Source: Octopus sinensis (taxonomy: Eukaryota). From it: a stretch of DNA of 64,000 bases. The stretch spans positions 45,756,001 through 45,820,000 of the forward strand of contig NC_043004.1 in the NCBI RefSeq assembly GCF_006345805.1, in the 5' to 3' direction. Each line of letters begins with the position of its first letter. Within the stretch, counting starts at the first letter, position 1. The position numbers and the translations under genes are program-made. Shown here one piece after another: positions 12,909-25,940 of the stretch. Below the pieces are notes generated by a model, which saw nothing but the letters and a program-made list of their open reading frames with translations, was not told where the DNA came from and did not search any database.

Positions 12909-13141
12909 ATGTATGCGTACATATATGTATGAATATGTTTGTGCATGAGTGTATTAGTGTGTGCGTGTATGCACGCACGCATGCGCGATGTAAGTCTATG
13001 TGTGCATATATGTATGTTTATTTGTGCTGGTGTATGCATATATATATGTATGTATTTTGCGTAATGAGATAAAAAAACCAAGACCGTATAGATATTAGAG
13101 CATTTATACATAGAAGGTCTTACAGCTGTTTCTAGATTATT

Positions 13142-13524
13142 GTGGAGACGCAATGGCCCAGTGGTTAGGGCAGCGAACTCGCGGTCGTAGGATCGCGGTT
13201 TCGATTCCCAGACCGGGCGTTGTGAGTGTTTATTGAGCGAAAACACCTAAAGCTCCACGAGGCTCCGGCAGGGTATGGTGGTGATCCCTGCTGTACTCTT
13301 TCACCACAACTTTCTCTAACTCTTACTTCCTGTTTCTGTTGTACCTGTATTTCAAAGGGCCGGCCTTGTCACTCTCTGTGTCACGCTGAATATCCCTGAG
13401 AACTACGTTAAGGGTACACGTGTCTGTGGAGTGCTCAGCCACTTACACGTTAATTTCACGAGCAGGTTGTTCCGTTGATCGGATCAACCAGAACCCTCGT
13501 CGTCATAACCGACGGAGTGCTTCC
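13142..13524 (+). mobile_element. SINE family C (tRNA-Arg-like head, CORE-like segment), tail type 1
   Basis: tggcccagtggttagg...ggtttcgattccc head; 12-bp TSD ttctagattatt at 13130-13141 and 13525-13536; fits the remembered description of octopus OR-type SINEs. Confidence 0.9.
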
Positions 13525-13598
13525 TTCTAGATTATTAATTGATAATATCCTTTCATCGTAGATGAGGAAAACGGTGTGAGAGGATAAATTAAGTCATA

Positions 13599-13630
<32 letters not shown>

Positions 13631-13990
13631 GTGTATCTGTGTGTGTGTATATGCATTGTTATATTTATGGATGGTCATCTTTTGCCAATAAATACTAGCA
13701 ATGATTATTTAATCTTCACTGTAGCTTTATAGTTATTAGTTTGTTTTCCAGAGTTCTTTCGTCGGAGTCAGTGACCAGTTCAACGACTTCCTTTCCTCGT
13801 TCCTCCACCTTATCTCTGGTCTTGTCCTGACTATTTCATTTTGTCTTCTTGTAGTATGTATCCGTATCTGCGCATGCGCTTACATCTGTATCAGTGTGTG
13901 TGTGTGTGTGTATCTATTTGTTTAGTATATGTGTGTCTTGTGTGCGTGAATATGGGTTTGTATATTACATTGTTTGTATTATATTTATTA

Positions 13991-14225
13991 GGAAGCGAGC
14001 TGGCAGAAACGTTAGCACGCTGTGCGAAATGCTTCGCAGTATTTCGTCTGCCGCTACGTTCTGAGCTAATTCCGAATTCCGCCGAGGTCGACTTTGCCTT
14101 TCATCCTTTCGGGGTCGATGAAATAAGTACCAGTTACGTACTGGGATCGATATAATCGACTTAATCTGTTTGACTGTTATTGTTGTCCTCTCTGTGTTTA
14201 GCCCCGTGTGGGCAGTAAAGAAATA
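13991..14225 (+). mobile_element. SINE family B copy
   Basis: Near-identical to 12679-12908. Confidence 0.9.
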
Positions 14226-14249
14226 TGTATTTTATTTATGTGTGACCTT

Positions 14250-14740
14250 TTTTCTCACCTAATCTTAGTTTTCGGGACTCCTTAAGGCTATGGTTCACTC
14301 GTTCCATCTCTCTTTATGGGGTCTCCTTGTCGATTGAGGTTATAAACCTTACTGGTCTACTGGGGCAGAAGCAGCTGGAGTCGGGTCTGTCTAACTACAC
14401 CTTGTCGCGTATAAGTCTAAGGAGGAGGAGGCCCAGTTCCTATATGCCAACACCACGGAACTCCACATCAGTTTTTGATCACCAGAAAGCGGAGGCATTT
14501 CTCCATAGCAAAATCAACGTCGATGGATGGATATAGGGACATCACATTCATACTGCCCATTACGCATTCTGTCAGGTAGCGGGTGCAGTTCCATTTGGTG
14601 ATTTCTACCGAGGAAGTCTTCTGTACCGTCACACACATCCAGGGACATCTTTATCATGGTGCGTATCAGGAGATTCTGTTGTCGATAGCAGCGTTAGCTC
14701 TGCGAACCGGTCTTGTTAATGATCCAGCAACTGGATCGGT
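14250..14740 (-). pseudogene. Penelope-like reverse transcriptase fragment
   Basis: Minus strand reads DVCDGTEDFL...VMGSMNVMSLYPSIDVDFAMEKC (14519-14563; the SxDVxSLYPSI RT motif)...ELGLLLLRL. Confidence 0.65.
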
Positions 14741-14844
14741 GATTATTTTATGATCCAACATGCGATTTCACATACATGCACATATGTGTATGTATGTATG
14801 TATGTATGTATGTATGTATGTATGTATGTATGTATGTATGTATC

Positions 14845-17030
14845 AGTCTCCTCGATTTATTCCATTTTCCATGGCAAAAGATTCAGAGAGCCTAACACCA
14901 AAGCTAAGCCCTGATCCAGTTTACAAATTTTCTGGGCAACCTATTTTCCTTAGAATTAGCCACAAAGCATTTCAATTAACACTATCGAATGCTTTGCTCA
15001 AAATCAACAAAGCAATGTTATAGAGCAATTTTCTTGTAATTTTCTGGTAGCTGCGGAGAAACGATAGCTCCTGGAGGAACGAAAACCAGACAGAGACTCA
15101 GACACTATAATTGGAGCTATGGACGTATTTAAACTTTCTAATAAACTGTGGGAAGTGCCTTTCTAACCACAGACAAAAACGAAATCCCACGAAAATTACC
15201 ACACAGATCCTTTGGCGCCGATTTATACAAGGAGACTTAAATGGCATCAATCCAGTCTTGAGGCACCTTTCATTTCAAGATTTCTGCACAGATTCCATCA
15301 AACCCTGGACACTTATTGTTATTCAGCTTATTCACAGCGAAAGTAAATACCATTTAGAGTTTGTTCAAATGCCATCTCTTCTGTGATTAGAAGGCTGCTT
15401 CTTGTGCCCCTTTTGTCTATCATTCCACCATTCCTGTTTAATTTTCCTTAGAGCAGTCTGCACTTTCCCTTTCAGCTTTTGAGTTGGGGTTCAAGGACTG
15501 AGAAAAAAGGGTTTTGCCCAAGTTTTGTTTTTCTAAAAGTAGATCATGAATTTCCGCTGCTCTATCTGGGAAACCACTCACTGGAGGACTTACGTGATTT
15601 AAATCCCACTGACGAACTTCAAATAGTTTTGTTTTGAAATCTTCCCATATATTGTTTGGCTCAAGAATGATACTTTCTGTAGCATCTTGTAATCTTTGCA
15701 AGTTGCTTGATAATTTTAGGTTTGTAACATTTAACTTTTTGGGTACATTAGGACCAGCTTATCGAGTTTTAGGCATTATCAAAAAATCTGTTTCTTTTAT
15801 TTTTCTACGCACTAGACGATGGTCAGTCCAGCTCTCTGCTCCTCTCATGGCCCGAGCGCTAGCAACATCGTTTATATCACGTTTTCTGATCAGAATATAG
15901 TTTATGAGATGCCAGTGCTTAGATCTTGGGTGCATCCAGATGGTTTGGTATTTATTTTTCTGCTGAAACAGTGTTGATGATAACCAGGTTATTCTCGGTA
16001 CAAAACGCGAAAAAAGCTACTCCATTTTTATTAGATTTTCTAATTCCATGTCGACCTAAACAGGCCATGAAACGTAGTCCTTTCCAACTCTTGCACCGAA
16101 ATCTCCCAACGTGACCAACTCGTCAGAAATTGGTACTATCCTGAATCATAGTGCTAGATCATTATAACACTGTCTTACAATTTCATCAGAATGGGACATT
16201 GCTGGTGCATAAATATTGACAACAGTAAGAAACCTACCTCTTGTCAGTTTAATACGGCATAACATGGTCCGTTCAGATATACCACTTGGGAGCTATGCAA
16301 TGAAGGATGCTAATGTATTTTTGAGAGCAAACCCAACATCAGGTCCTCTACGCTGACCCTTAAGTAGGCCTCTCTAAAAGATAGTATATTCATATAGTAT
16401 ATTTACTTGACCCTCACCAGAGGAACGAGTTTCAGAGAGCGCAACTATATCGAGGGAATATTTTTTAAGCTCACATGCAATAAGTGAAGTACGTCTTTCT
16501 GGCTTCTTGTTGAAATTATCATCAAGAAGTGTGCGGACATTCCAACAGCCAAAATTCAAAGGATATTTATTTTTACTTTTTCTTGAAGATTGTTTGACAA
16601 CAGTGGCAAGATGCCGACCGGGCCCAGCCTGTGATACACTGGGGCACATGTCGAACCAGACCTGTTCTCTCGACGTTCTCAAGCCTTTATCGCCATTTAC
16701 TGAATCTGTCTCAGACATTTTACAATAAGTTACAAGTGCATTTTTAGGATTTTGTCAAGCAACCAATTCAATGATTTTACTAAGATTTGGTGTACAGGAA
16801 GTATCTCTTCAGGTGAATAATTTTCAGTGATTGTAGCTTGCACTGCACAACCCCCACCTATTGGCTCAAGAAGGCTTTCACCGGTGTGACATGAAAAATG
16901 ACAAAACCAGGTACTTCCAAGATTTCCTTCTCCTAGGTAGATTACCAACCAAAATTAAAGAGCTTCTACCTGCCCACGAGGTAATTTACCTCATTCCAGA
17001 CACCAAACCGACATTCAAACACTCTATAAA
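14845..17030 (-). mobile_element. RTE/BovB-clade LINE: 5' UTR, APE endonuclease and start of RT; 3' truncated
   Basis: WNVRTLLD..PERRTSLIACELKKYSLDIVALSETR; YAPAM; LGDFGARVG; WMHPRSKHWHLI; WTDHRLVR; VPQDW..CGNFRGIS; ends at NGINRGD next to (ATAC)n; many stops and frameshifts. Confidence 0.92.
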
Positions 17031-17379
17031 GTGATCAAAATATCACTCTGGTGACCGACGCAGAGTAGCTCATTCATACATAAAAAAAAGAGAAGGTAAG
17101 TACGATATGAGATTTGCAAATGTAAATAAGAATTAAATATAAATAATATATTTAAATATAAACAAGTATAAGATATGTAATTTAAAAATATAAATAAAGT
17201 GAGATGTGTATATAAAAGTAAAAATATACACACACATATATATATATACGAAGTATGAATAAGAATTCAATAAGAAATATGAATAAGATATATATATGTA
17301 AAAGTAAAAATATACATAAATTCATACATTGAAAAAATATATCTATATTTACAAATTTTGTTGGATGGCAGTTCACTGA

Positions 17380-17553
17380 TCAAGAGTTCCTCCGCCCTTT
17401 GACGGGTTTTATTTTTCATCCCGCAGGGTGGCCAGCAACACCCTCCTCCCCAAGCAAGCCTGATGGTATTGCCGGTTTAGTCGCCAACGACCCGACCATG
17501 CGACAGTTTTTACTGGATTGTATGTGAGAAGTAGCACTCAAGAGCGACCTGAC
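17380..17553. mobile_element. Unclassified GC-rich interspersed repeat fragment
   Basis: GC-rich island (gttcctccgccctttgacggg...gagcgacctgac) ending at an (AT)n tract; recognised only from memory. Confidence 0.35.
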
Positions 17554-17659
<106 letters not shown>

Positions 17660-18214
17660 GTATGTATGTATGTATATATACGTATGACACTTTTCAAAGC
17701 TACATTTATTTCAATTTTCAAACAGAACTATTTCTTTCTCTCAAGAGACCTTTCCAAATTCCTTTTTCAAAATTTCCATTCAAGTGTCATTTTCTCTTTA
17801 AATAAATACATACACTTTGCATTATACCATCAAGTCTTCCACTTAAAATTGTCGCTACTCCTCGTTCAATCGACGAAAACATGCTAGACGTTTGAGAAAT
17901 TTTGTAAGACATACAAACGTATCTACACACGCACACTCCCACACACGCAACGACGCACATACGTGCGCGCCCATATATACGTAGAAATAAATAAATGAAT
18001 ATATATATACATACATGTATACTTACATACAAATATATATATATATACATACATGTATATACACACATACACGTATACGTGTGTGCACATATGCACACTA
18101 CCATATTTATACAAACAAGGATGCATAAATGTATGTGTGTGTATGCTTATACATATACATAAGTGTGTGTGTGTATATAAATATTTCTAAAAACGTGTAG
18201 AAGTGTACGAGATC

Positions 18215-18239
<25 letters not shown>

Positions 18240-18245
<6 letters not shown>

Positions 18246-18335
18246 ATATATGTGTATATATACATATAAACACACACATATGTCTGTGTGTGTGTATATA
18301 TATGTATGTATACACTGATACTCAAGCACATATAT

Positions 18336-18367
<32 letters not shown>

Positions 18368-18433
18368 CAGATAAACACACACACATATGTCTGTGTGTGT
18401 GTATATATATGTATGTATACACTGATACTCAAG

Positions 18434-18475
<42 letters not shown>

Positions 18476-18534
18476 TAAACACACACACATATATGTGTGT
18501 TTGTATATATGTATGTATAAACTGTTACTGAAGC

Positions 18535-18568
<34 letters not shown>

Positions 18569-18638
18569 GTATATATACATATAAACACACACATATGTCT
18601 GTGTGTGTGTATATATATGTATACACTGATACTCAAGC

Positions 18639-18670
<32 letters not shown>

Positions 18671-18680
18671 ATGTGTGTGT
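18240..18680. repeat. Compound minisatellite of about 104 bp, roughly 4 units
   Basis: Anchor actgatactcaagca at 18314, 18421, 18521 (variant) and 18625, separated by variable AT/AC/GT tracts. Confidence 0.85.
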
Positions 18681-19664
18681 GTATATATATATATACTATT
18701 TTTTTTTCCTTTTCAACCTCGGATGTGAGATAAAATGCCAATAGCACTATGTGTGATTGGTGTTGAATTCCCATCAATCCAGCTGCAAACGAATTACTGT
18801 GTTGCATGTTCGTCCAAGGTATTTATATAACTAATTATTTTACTGACATGATGAATTGGTGTGATGAAATAAGAATTAATTTTTAAAACTTGTAAACTAG
18901 AAAATCAATAACTTGCAAACGTTATTTCCTAAACTGAATATCCGATCGATAATTTTCTGTCCATTCAATTTCACCTGATATAGTTTACAAGAAGTAAAAT
19001 AAGTCGTGCATTATAAACAACCTACCATATCACTGCTACATAACATTTCCTGGTATACATATATATTTCGTTAAAAGATTTTATCTGAACTGGCGTGTTG
19101 GAAGAGCATACATTGTTACACACTTTGCTAGTGTTATATTTACCATTTATTTAATAAACCTTGCTTAGTCACGTCTCTTCTTTTGGTGTTCTTGTAAAAA
19201 TATTAGGCGAAAGCATGCTTGTCTGGTTAACGAATTTACGTCGTTGCTACGTGGTTTCGAGTTTAATTCCATTCATCCGGCCATTATTATAGTATCGTAG
19301 TTTCTGTTCAGCCCATGAATTTTGACCGATATTAGTTCCGAAGCTCTGCATCCTGATTTCGAACGACGCCAAAGGCAATCTTACCTTTCAACCATTTGGG
19401 ATTGATAAACATAACAGTCTTGCTTAGTTTATCGGCAAAATCGTTAGAACATTAGTCTGGATGTTTTACGGAATTATTTCCGGCTTTTGGCGTTCTGGTT
19501 TCAAATCCCGTCATGATCTTCTTGAACTTAATCCTTTGTACAGTTTTGTGCCTCTTTAATTGTGTTCCCTTCGTTGTAATTAGCTTTAAGGATACTTTCC
19601 TCCCTTCCACCAACTTCGGAGGTTCTGCAAAAGCTCATGGGCTCTAGTTTCTTTCCTGGAACAA

Positions 19665-19906
19665 AACGTAAACAGCCAGGCTTAAATCGGAGATGAAACG
19701 GCAATGTCTGTGGAAGCCCATCGTAAAGATCTTTCAGGTTTTGGGGGTGATAGACTTAAACTGCTTCCAGATTTCATAACACCACGTGACCTCTCAATAA
19801 ATGTAGTGGAATCCATTCAGTTTTTGCCACCTTTTAGTTGGCTTGTAGAATAAGAAAATATCAGATTTTGCCGTTTCATCTCCGATTAAGCCTGGCTGTT
19901 TACGTT
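19665..19906. mobile_element. MITE-like element with 40-bp terminal inverted repeats
   Basis: aacgtaaacagccaggcttaaatcggagatgaaacggcaa (19665-19704) versus its reverse complement (19868-19906), one indel; no TSD seen. Confidence 0.75.
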
Positions 19907-20237
19907 CTCATATTGTAATAATATTGTAAAAATAACACTAGTTCATGGTACAGGTACTTCGGGTATCTTATTGATAAAACCAGTATGTAAGTATTTTGAA
20001 AAGTAACATATACCATAATTAAAAAGTGTGGATATACCAAAATTTTATTTTTTCTTACAGTTGTTGACATATAATAGAGTTGTTCAATATTTATTCTTTA
20101 TAAATACAAATACCTTCATATGTATGCAAAATAAAGAGACTCAAATAGAAGTATTATACATGGAAAATCTCACTTGTAGGGTTAGATTATTTTAACTATA
20201 TTTGTGTTGTGCCGATATGGCCATCAAAATCTTACAT

Positions 20238-20662
20238 GGATCCTTTCGGTTTGAACGACAGTTTTTTCTAGCGGTGTCATATGAAATTGTCACACATAAT
20301 TATGACCCCAGTATCGATCTATTGCATTTCAATCTGTTTTAGTGTTAGTTAGGGTTAGGGGTGGGGAGAAGAGTATCTTTTTTTCTTCACAAATGTAAAT
20401 AAACCCAATCTGTTTCTTAAACGAGGGACATATTCATACGGTACAGGATGTTTTTTTTACCTCAATAGACGTCAGTGATTGGTTGAAATTGTAGAAATTG
20501 AAGAAAAAAAAAACAACAAATATCTTACAAAATATAGAATTTTCTCAATAAAGCCAAGAGAAAAATATGTTTTATAAACACATTCTACCAGTATACGAAG
20601 TTTAAAATTTTTTAGTTACCTAGAAATTATGTTAAAAACTGCCGTTCAAACCGAAAAGATCC
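20238..20662. mobile_element. GG-ended MITE, asymmetric form
   Basis: TIR ggatc(c/t)tttcggtttgaac; flanks tcttacat and tctttctt (6/8 match); contains ttagggttaggg; reverse orientation relative to 51572. Confidence 0.85.
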
Positions 20663-20739
20663 TCTTTCTTTTGCAGAGGGCCAGCTTGTATATAATTACA
20701 GAAAAGAAAGCAGTTCTCCTGATGTTGTTGAGCCATAGT

Positions 20740-20885
20740 CGAAACCCCGTCGGTTTTGATGATGAGTATTCGGTTGTTCGACCAACTGAATTGTAACTCG
20801 TGAAATTAATGAGTAAATGACTGAATATATGATAAGAACGTTTATCCTTAACATAAATTTTCCAGAAGAATCAGCGTGACGCATT
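20740..20885 (-). mobile_element. Degenerate family C tail-1 fragment
   Basis: ccgtcggtt...ctcgtgaaattaa...ccttaac...tcagcgtgac aligns to 28510-28650. Confidence 0.55.
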
Positions 20886-21889
20886 GCTAGAGAGCTGAAT
20901 CTTTAAATTACAAATACAACACAAAGGTGGCGGAAGGAAGGGGAAAGAAAGAGAGAGGGAAATAAGGAGAGAGGAAAATAAGTTAGTAGTTGTAATTTTG
21001 ACACAAAGCCAGCAATTGTGAGGGGAGGATTGCAATCGGTTACTCAGTACTTATTTTGTCCACTCCCGAAAGGAGGAAGGGCAAAATTAGTCTCGGCAAA
21101 ACTTGAACGGTGAACTAAAGGATTCGTGAGAAACGCCATTCGGTATCTTGTTCGACGCTCTACTGATTCTCTCAGCTCCCTGCATTTGATGAGGGTTACA
21201 AATTTTGGTACAATACCAGTAGTTTTAGGGCTGAAGGGCTAGTCGGTTATACCGACTCCAGTGCTCAACTGGTACTTATTTTATCGACGGCAGAGGGATG
21301 GAAGGTAAATCTGGCTTCGGTGATATTTGAACTAAGAGCGCCTAGAACTTTAATGAAAACCAGAATAACATTTACTCGGTGCTAGAAAAACTAGTCTATT
21401 TCGTCGCTTTGTTGCAACAGACACTCTACAAAAACTGAACTGCGCGGGGAACACCAACAACCATTAGAAATTGTATTGATGTTACGAACATAAGCGATAC
21501 CAAAATTAAAATTAAAATAAATGCAGAGCAACGTGACAAGTCATCCTGCAACAAATAAACAACCGAACTAAGCCACATAGCCATATAAATGAACCCATTG
21601 TAGCATATAGCCCGGGATACAAATTACAAGAGGATGGTCGTACCTAGCAGCGATATGATAATAGGCTTGCACTGACCTGGGCCGACCCGATATGACCTAA
21701 ACTGTTCTGACCTGAGCTAAACAATAAATAATGTTAGAAGAAGGGGAAAAAACACATATCAAAATAGACAAGAGCAAAGACTGTTATAAGCGTTGTTTTG
21801 CATGATCTACATGCAATTGGCAGATTTAGCTCCAAACAAAATCATGTTATGGAAGTAAACGACACAAAACAAATTAAAGGAGCGGATAT

Positions 21890-22270
21890 TCATCATCATC
21901 ATCATCATTATTATCTTCTTCTTCTTCTTCTTCTTCTCCTTCTTTTTCATCTTTTCCTTTATGTATTTGTTCTTTCTTCTTTATGCTTTTCTTCTTTTTC
22001 TTTATCTTCTAAAATTTACTTCTCTTTCTCCTCACTATCATCATCGTCGTCATAATAATTATCTCTTTCTTCTTCTTCTTCTTCTTCTTCTTCTTCTTCT
22101 TCTTCTTCTTCTTCGTCTTCTTCTTCTTATCCTTTCCTCTTCCTCTTCTCTGCCTCTCCTGCTTCTCTCCTCCTGCTCCCCTCCTCTTTCTTCTCCCCTC
22201 CCCTTTTTTTATCCTCCTCCACCTCCCCATTTCTCTATCTCCCCCTCAGCCAGTCCCCCTCCTTCTCGTC
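21890..22270. repeat. (CAT)n/(CTT)n and pyrimidine-rich low-complexity tract
   Basis: Direct reading. Confidence 0.9.
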
Positions 22271-22588
22271 CGCCTCGCTCCCAGTTTAGATACCGGGAAG
22301 AAGTAGTGGGGTTGGACGCATCGTCCTCATGGTAAAGCTGTCTTTTCATTACAGTAGCTAGGTAGGAATATTTGAAGATAAAAAAAATAGAATAGAGGGA
22401 GAAAAATGTTCAACTTATTTTCTTTGGCGTAGCTAGGTAGGAATATTATTGTTATTATTATATGAAAACTCAGTTTCTTTTGCTGGGTATGATGGAAAGT
22501 GTCAACTGTACACAGACAGCAGACTAAGGTGACGCTTGTTTACTGGTCAGGCTTCAAGAACCCTGCGAAGAATTCTTGTTATTTTAAT

Positions 22589-22590
22589 TA

Positions 22591-22662
<72 letters not shown>

Positions 22663-22700
22663 CATTATTATTATTATTATTACTTTCATTATTATCATCA

Positions 22701-22757
<57 letters not shown>
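22589..22757. repeat. (ATT)n/(TAA)n microsatellite at the 3' end of the R4/Dong element
   Basis: Direct reading. Confidence 0.95.
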
Positions 22758-22759
<2 letters not shown>

Positions 22760-24695
22760 ATACACTCAACAGGTTAGACTGTTGAAAAAGAAAAGAATAC
22801 TAACATCGAGCTACAAGTTGCCTTAGATGCCAAGAACCCACCTATAGGGTTACAGCAAGTAACGTTAGATGTCAAGAACCCTCCTAAGTATACTAGCTGT
22901 CCCTAATAACATTGTTTACTGCAGCCGTACCAAACTGTGTTTTATCCCTATTTCCCCTATCCATTTGTTCAGAACTTTAGAGGTAGTTCCCAGTAGTTAT
23001 AGGTATAACTGCTAAGATACATTTTACCCGCAGTTTCCATAGTCTCAGTAATTCAATAGCTAGGTCCTGATATTTAGCTATTTTTTCTATACTTCTCATA
23101 ATTAATATTTTCATCATTTGGGACTGTAAAGTCAATTATCTGCCACTTTCTAATCTCTTTATCTACTAGTACCAAATCAAGCCTTCTAGCTCCTATTACT
23201 CGGTCAGTCTGAATGTTAAAGTCCCACAGCATCTTGTACTTCTTACTTTCTAGTACTTTACTAGGTTCATGTCCATACTCTTTATAAGTATGTTCAAATT
23301 TTAGCTTTCCACAAGGCTCTCCCTATATTGTCATGTCTTTTCTTGTATCCTTTCTGTGCCAGCATGCTACATTCTCTTCCTCTATGAGGAACGTTTCCTC
23401 TTTTGATTTACATAATCTACATTGGGAATCTACTTGGTTTTTGTTTATTCTGGATTTTATCCAATTAGTCCTTAATACTCAATCTTGTGCTGCTACAAAC
23501 AAACTCTCTGTCTCTTTCTTCAAATTCTACTTCTGTAGCCACAGCCATGTCTCACTACTGTTATTTGCTGAAACTATCTTTGGAAATCTACTAGACAACG
23601 CCTTCTCCTGACAGTCAGATCGTTTCTGTTCATTTTTCTGCTTTTTAAGTTCGTTTGATGCTTTGTTTTCCCTATGTCATGCGGTGACTCTAGAAGCTTT
23701 TAATGAACTGTCTTTACTATTACCTACATAGGAGTCTATATCTACTCTAGCTATCTCTACGCAGTATTCCACCTTCCTTCCTATAGGTAGGTATAATCTT
23801 GCTACTCCTGCTCTTGGTTGGAGTCCTCAATTCATATTAAATTCCTTCCTAGTTGATCTGTCTAGCTTTGATAATTCCGTTTTTGTCCGATCTACAAAAG
23901 CTGATGAGTATCTAAGTAGTGGTACTGCCCAAGTATTTACAGCCTTCACTTGATTCGGATCATTTTGCTTTGATTTCATTAGCGTCGTCACCCTTCTGAT
24001 GTACGCTTTCTCAATTTTTGTTTTCATCTCTGTAGAGAGTACTTTGTCAGATTCTAATACTCCTAGATACTTAAAACTCTCTCCTCCTTGCAATGATTTT
24101 AATGCCTGGCCATCTCTTCGGTGTTGACTACCTGTCCCCTTCTCTTGACTAATATTTCACACTTATCTATGCCAAATTCCATGCCTATATCTTTGCTGAA
24201 GAGTCTTACAGTCTGTATTAAGGAAGCTACCTCTTTTTCATTCCTATTAAAAAGTTTCAGGTGTTCCATTTAGAGCAAATGGTTAATTTTTCCATTACTA
24301 TTTCTTTGCCTTCCTTAATAATAAACTGGAGGGGATCAAACATAAGACAAATATTAAAGGGGACAATGAGTCCCACTGGAAAGTTCTTCTTTTGATATTA
24401 ACTTTCCATAAGAATGTGTCACTTGATTATAGATCCACTTTCCATTTCTTTATGCAAAAGCTAATTAATTCTCTTATGTTGTCTGCTATACTGAATATAC
24501 TCAAACATTCACTTATCCATGAGTATGGGATCATATCATAGGCTTTTCTATAATCTATCTATGCTATTTAAAAAAATATTCTTTCTAGCGTTTACTTCAT
24601 TTAGAACTAATTTGTCTATATATAATAGATTATGCGTTCCACTAGCCTTCTCCTGCAACTTCTGGTTGTCAAGATCCTTGTAAATGCTTTCTGAA
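22758..24695 (-). mobile_element. R4/Dong-clade non-LTR retrotransposon (RT plus restriction-like endonuclease), 5' truncated and decayed
   Basis: IDYRKAYDMIP; FQWDSLSPL; HLL*MEHLKLF; FKYLGVLE; AVNTWAVPLLRYS; LYLP.GGR; MLWDFNIQTDRVIGARRLDLVLVDK..IIDFTVP..KYQDLAIE; ends GTASILRRVLDI*. Confidence 0.92.
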
Positions 24696-25892
24696 AGCAA
24701 TCATCATCGTCGTCACCACCACCATCACCACCACCACCACCACCACCACCACCACCGCTACCACCACCGCCGCCGCCGCCATCTTGTCGATCCTAAAAGG
24801 CATCCCATCTGAAATTGATCTCAATGCTGAGTAATCCCCTTCGCTCTCAGCAACACAATTCTCTCCTCTTGAGTGGCATTGAGTATTAAAAGAAAACTAT
24901 AAAAAGATAGCCAGTTGTTTGGAACTGCCGGTCAACAAACATTAAAAAGACAAGAGGACGAGAAGATCCTCCAAGAGGGGCCTCCACCCATGATTGTCAT
25001 TCAGATTTTCAGTGCTTAATATGATGTATGATCTTCAAAATAATAATACAGTTATTCGTGTGACATGAAACAGGAGCCGGCAATACAGACGTCCGAAAAC
25101 ACAGAAATTTGGCAAGCCCCAGGCCGGCTGTCTCTCAATCCCTTTCCGTAGTTAATGTAATCAAATGATGTCACCATATATATCTTTCTATCTAGAAAAA
25201 CCATTCTTTCTCTGTTTTTCTCTCATTCACTGACATTTTTTCATACACTGTTTCAATGTTATATATTCAGAAATATTACCACCTACTCCCAGAAAGCTGA
25301 TTATTTTCTCATGTGCATATTTTGCTAGATTACACGCACGCACGCACACATACACACTCACACACACACAGACAAACACACACGCACAGACAGACACATA
25401 CACACACACACACACACGGACACACACGGACACACACGTACACACACAGATGTAGATGTTGTTTTGTTTGCTACAGAAGACAATTTTTATTGAAAGAAAG
25501 AAAAACAAAAAACCATAAAAAGCTAAAACTAACTGACAAGTCTTGATGGAATTTAGAAAGCAGCAAGTAATTCTTTTCAAATATAAATGTTGTCATATAT
25601 ACACATACATCGATATACATACGTCAAATCTATTTGTTCATATGGAGAATTTTGGAAACATCATACAGATCCTCACGTACAAAAACTACTGAATGACTAT
25701 TGCTGCATTGTAAATGCTTCTAATACATCTGAAAGGCCAATTCACTGTAATGTAGTGAACGTAAATCCATTTGCCAGACCAGACAAATTCAATATATTGA
25801 ACTGAGATTAAATATATATTGCAAGAGAAAGTTGGAGATGACCGATTCGTTAGGGTATTGTTTCTTCAACAGACATAAAAAATTGATTTTGC

Positions 25893-25940
<48 letters not shown>

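Noticed and set aside
13144-13220. tRNA gene-like sequences at SINE heads (also 28810, 42869, 52470)
   Set aside because: They keep A and B boxes but no complete cloverleaf, and continue into SINE bodies flanked by TSDs
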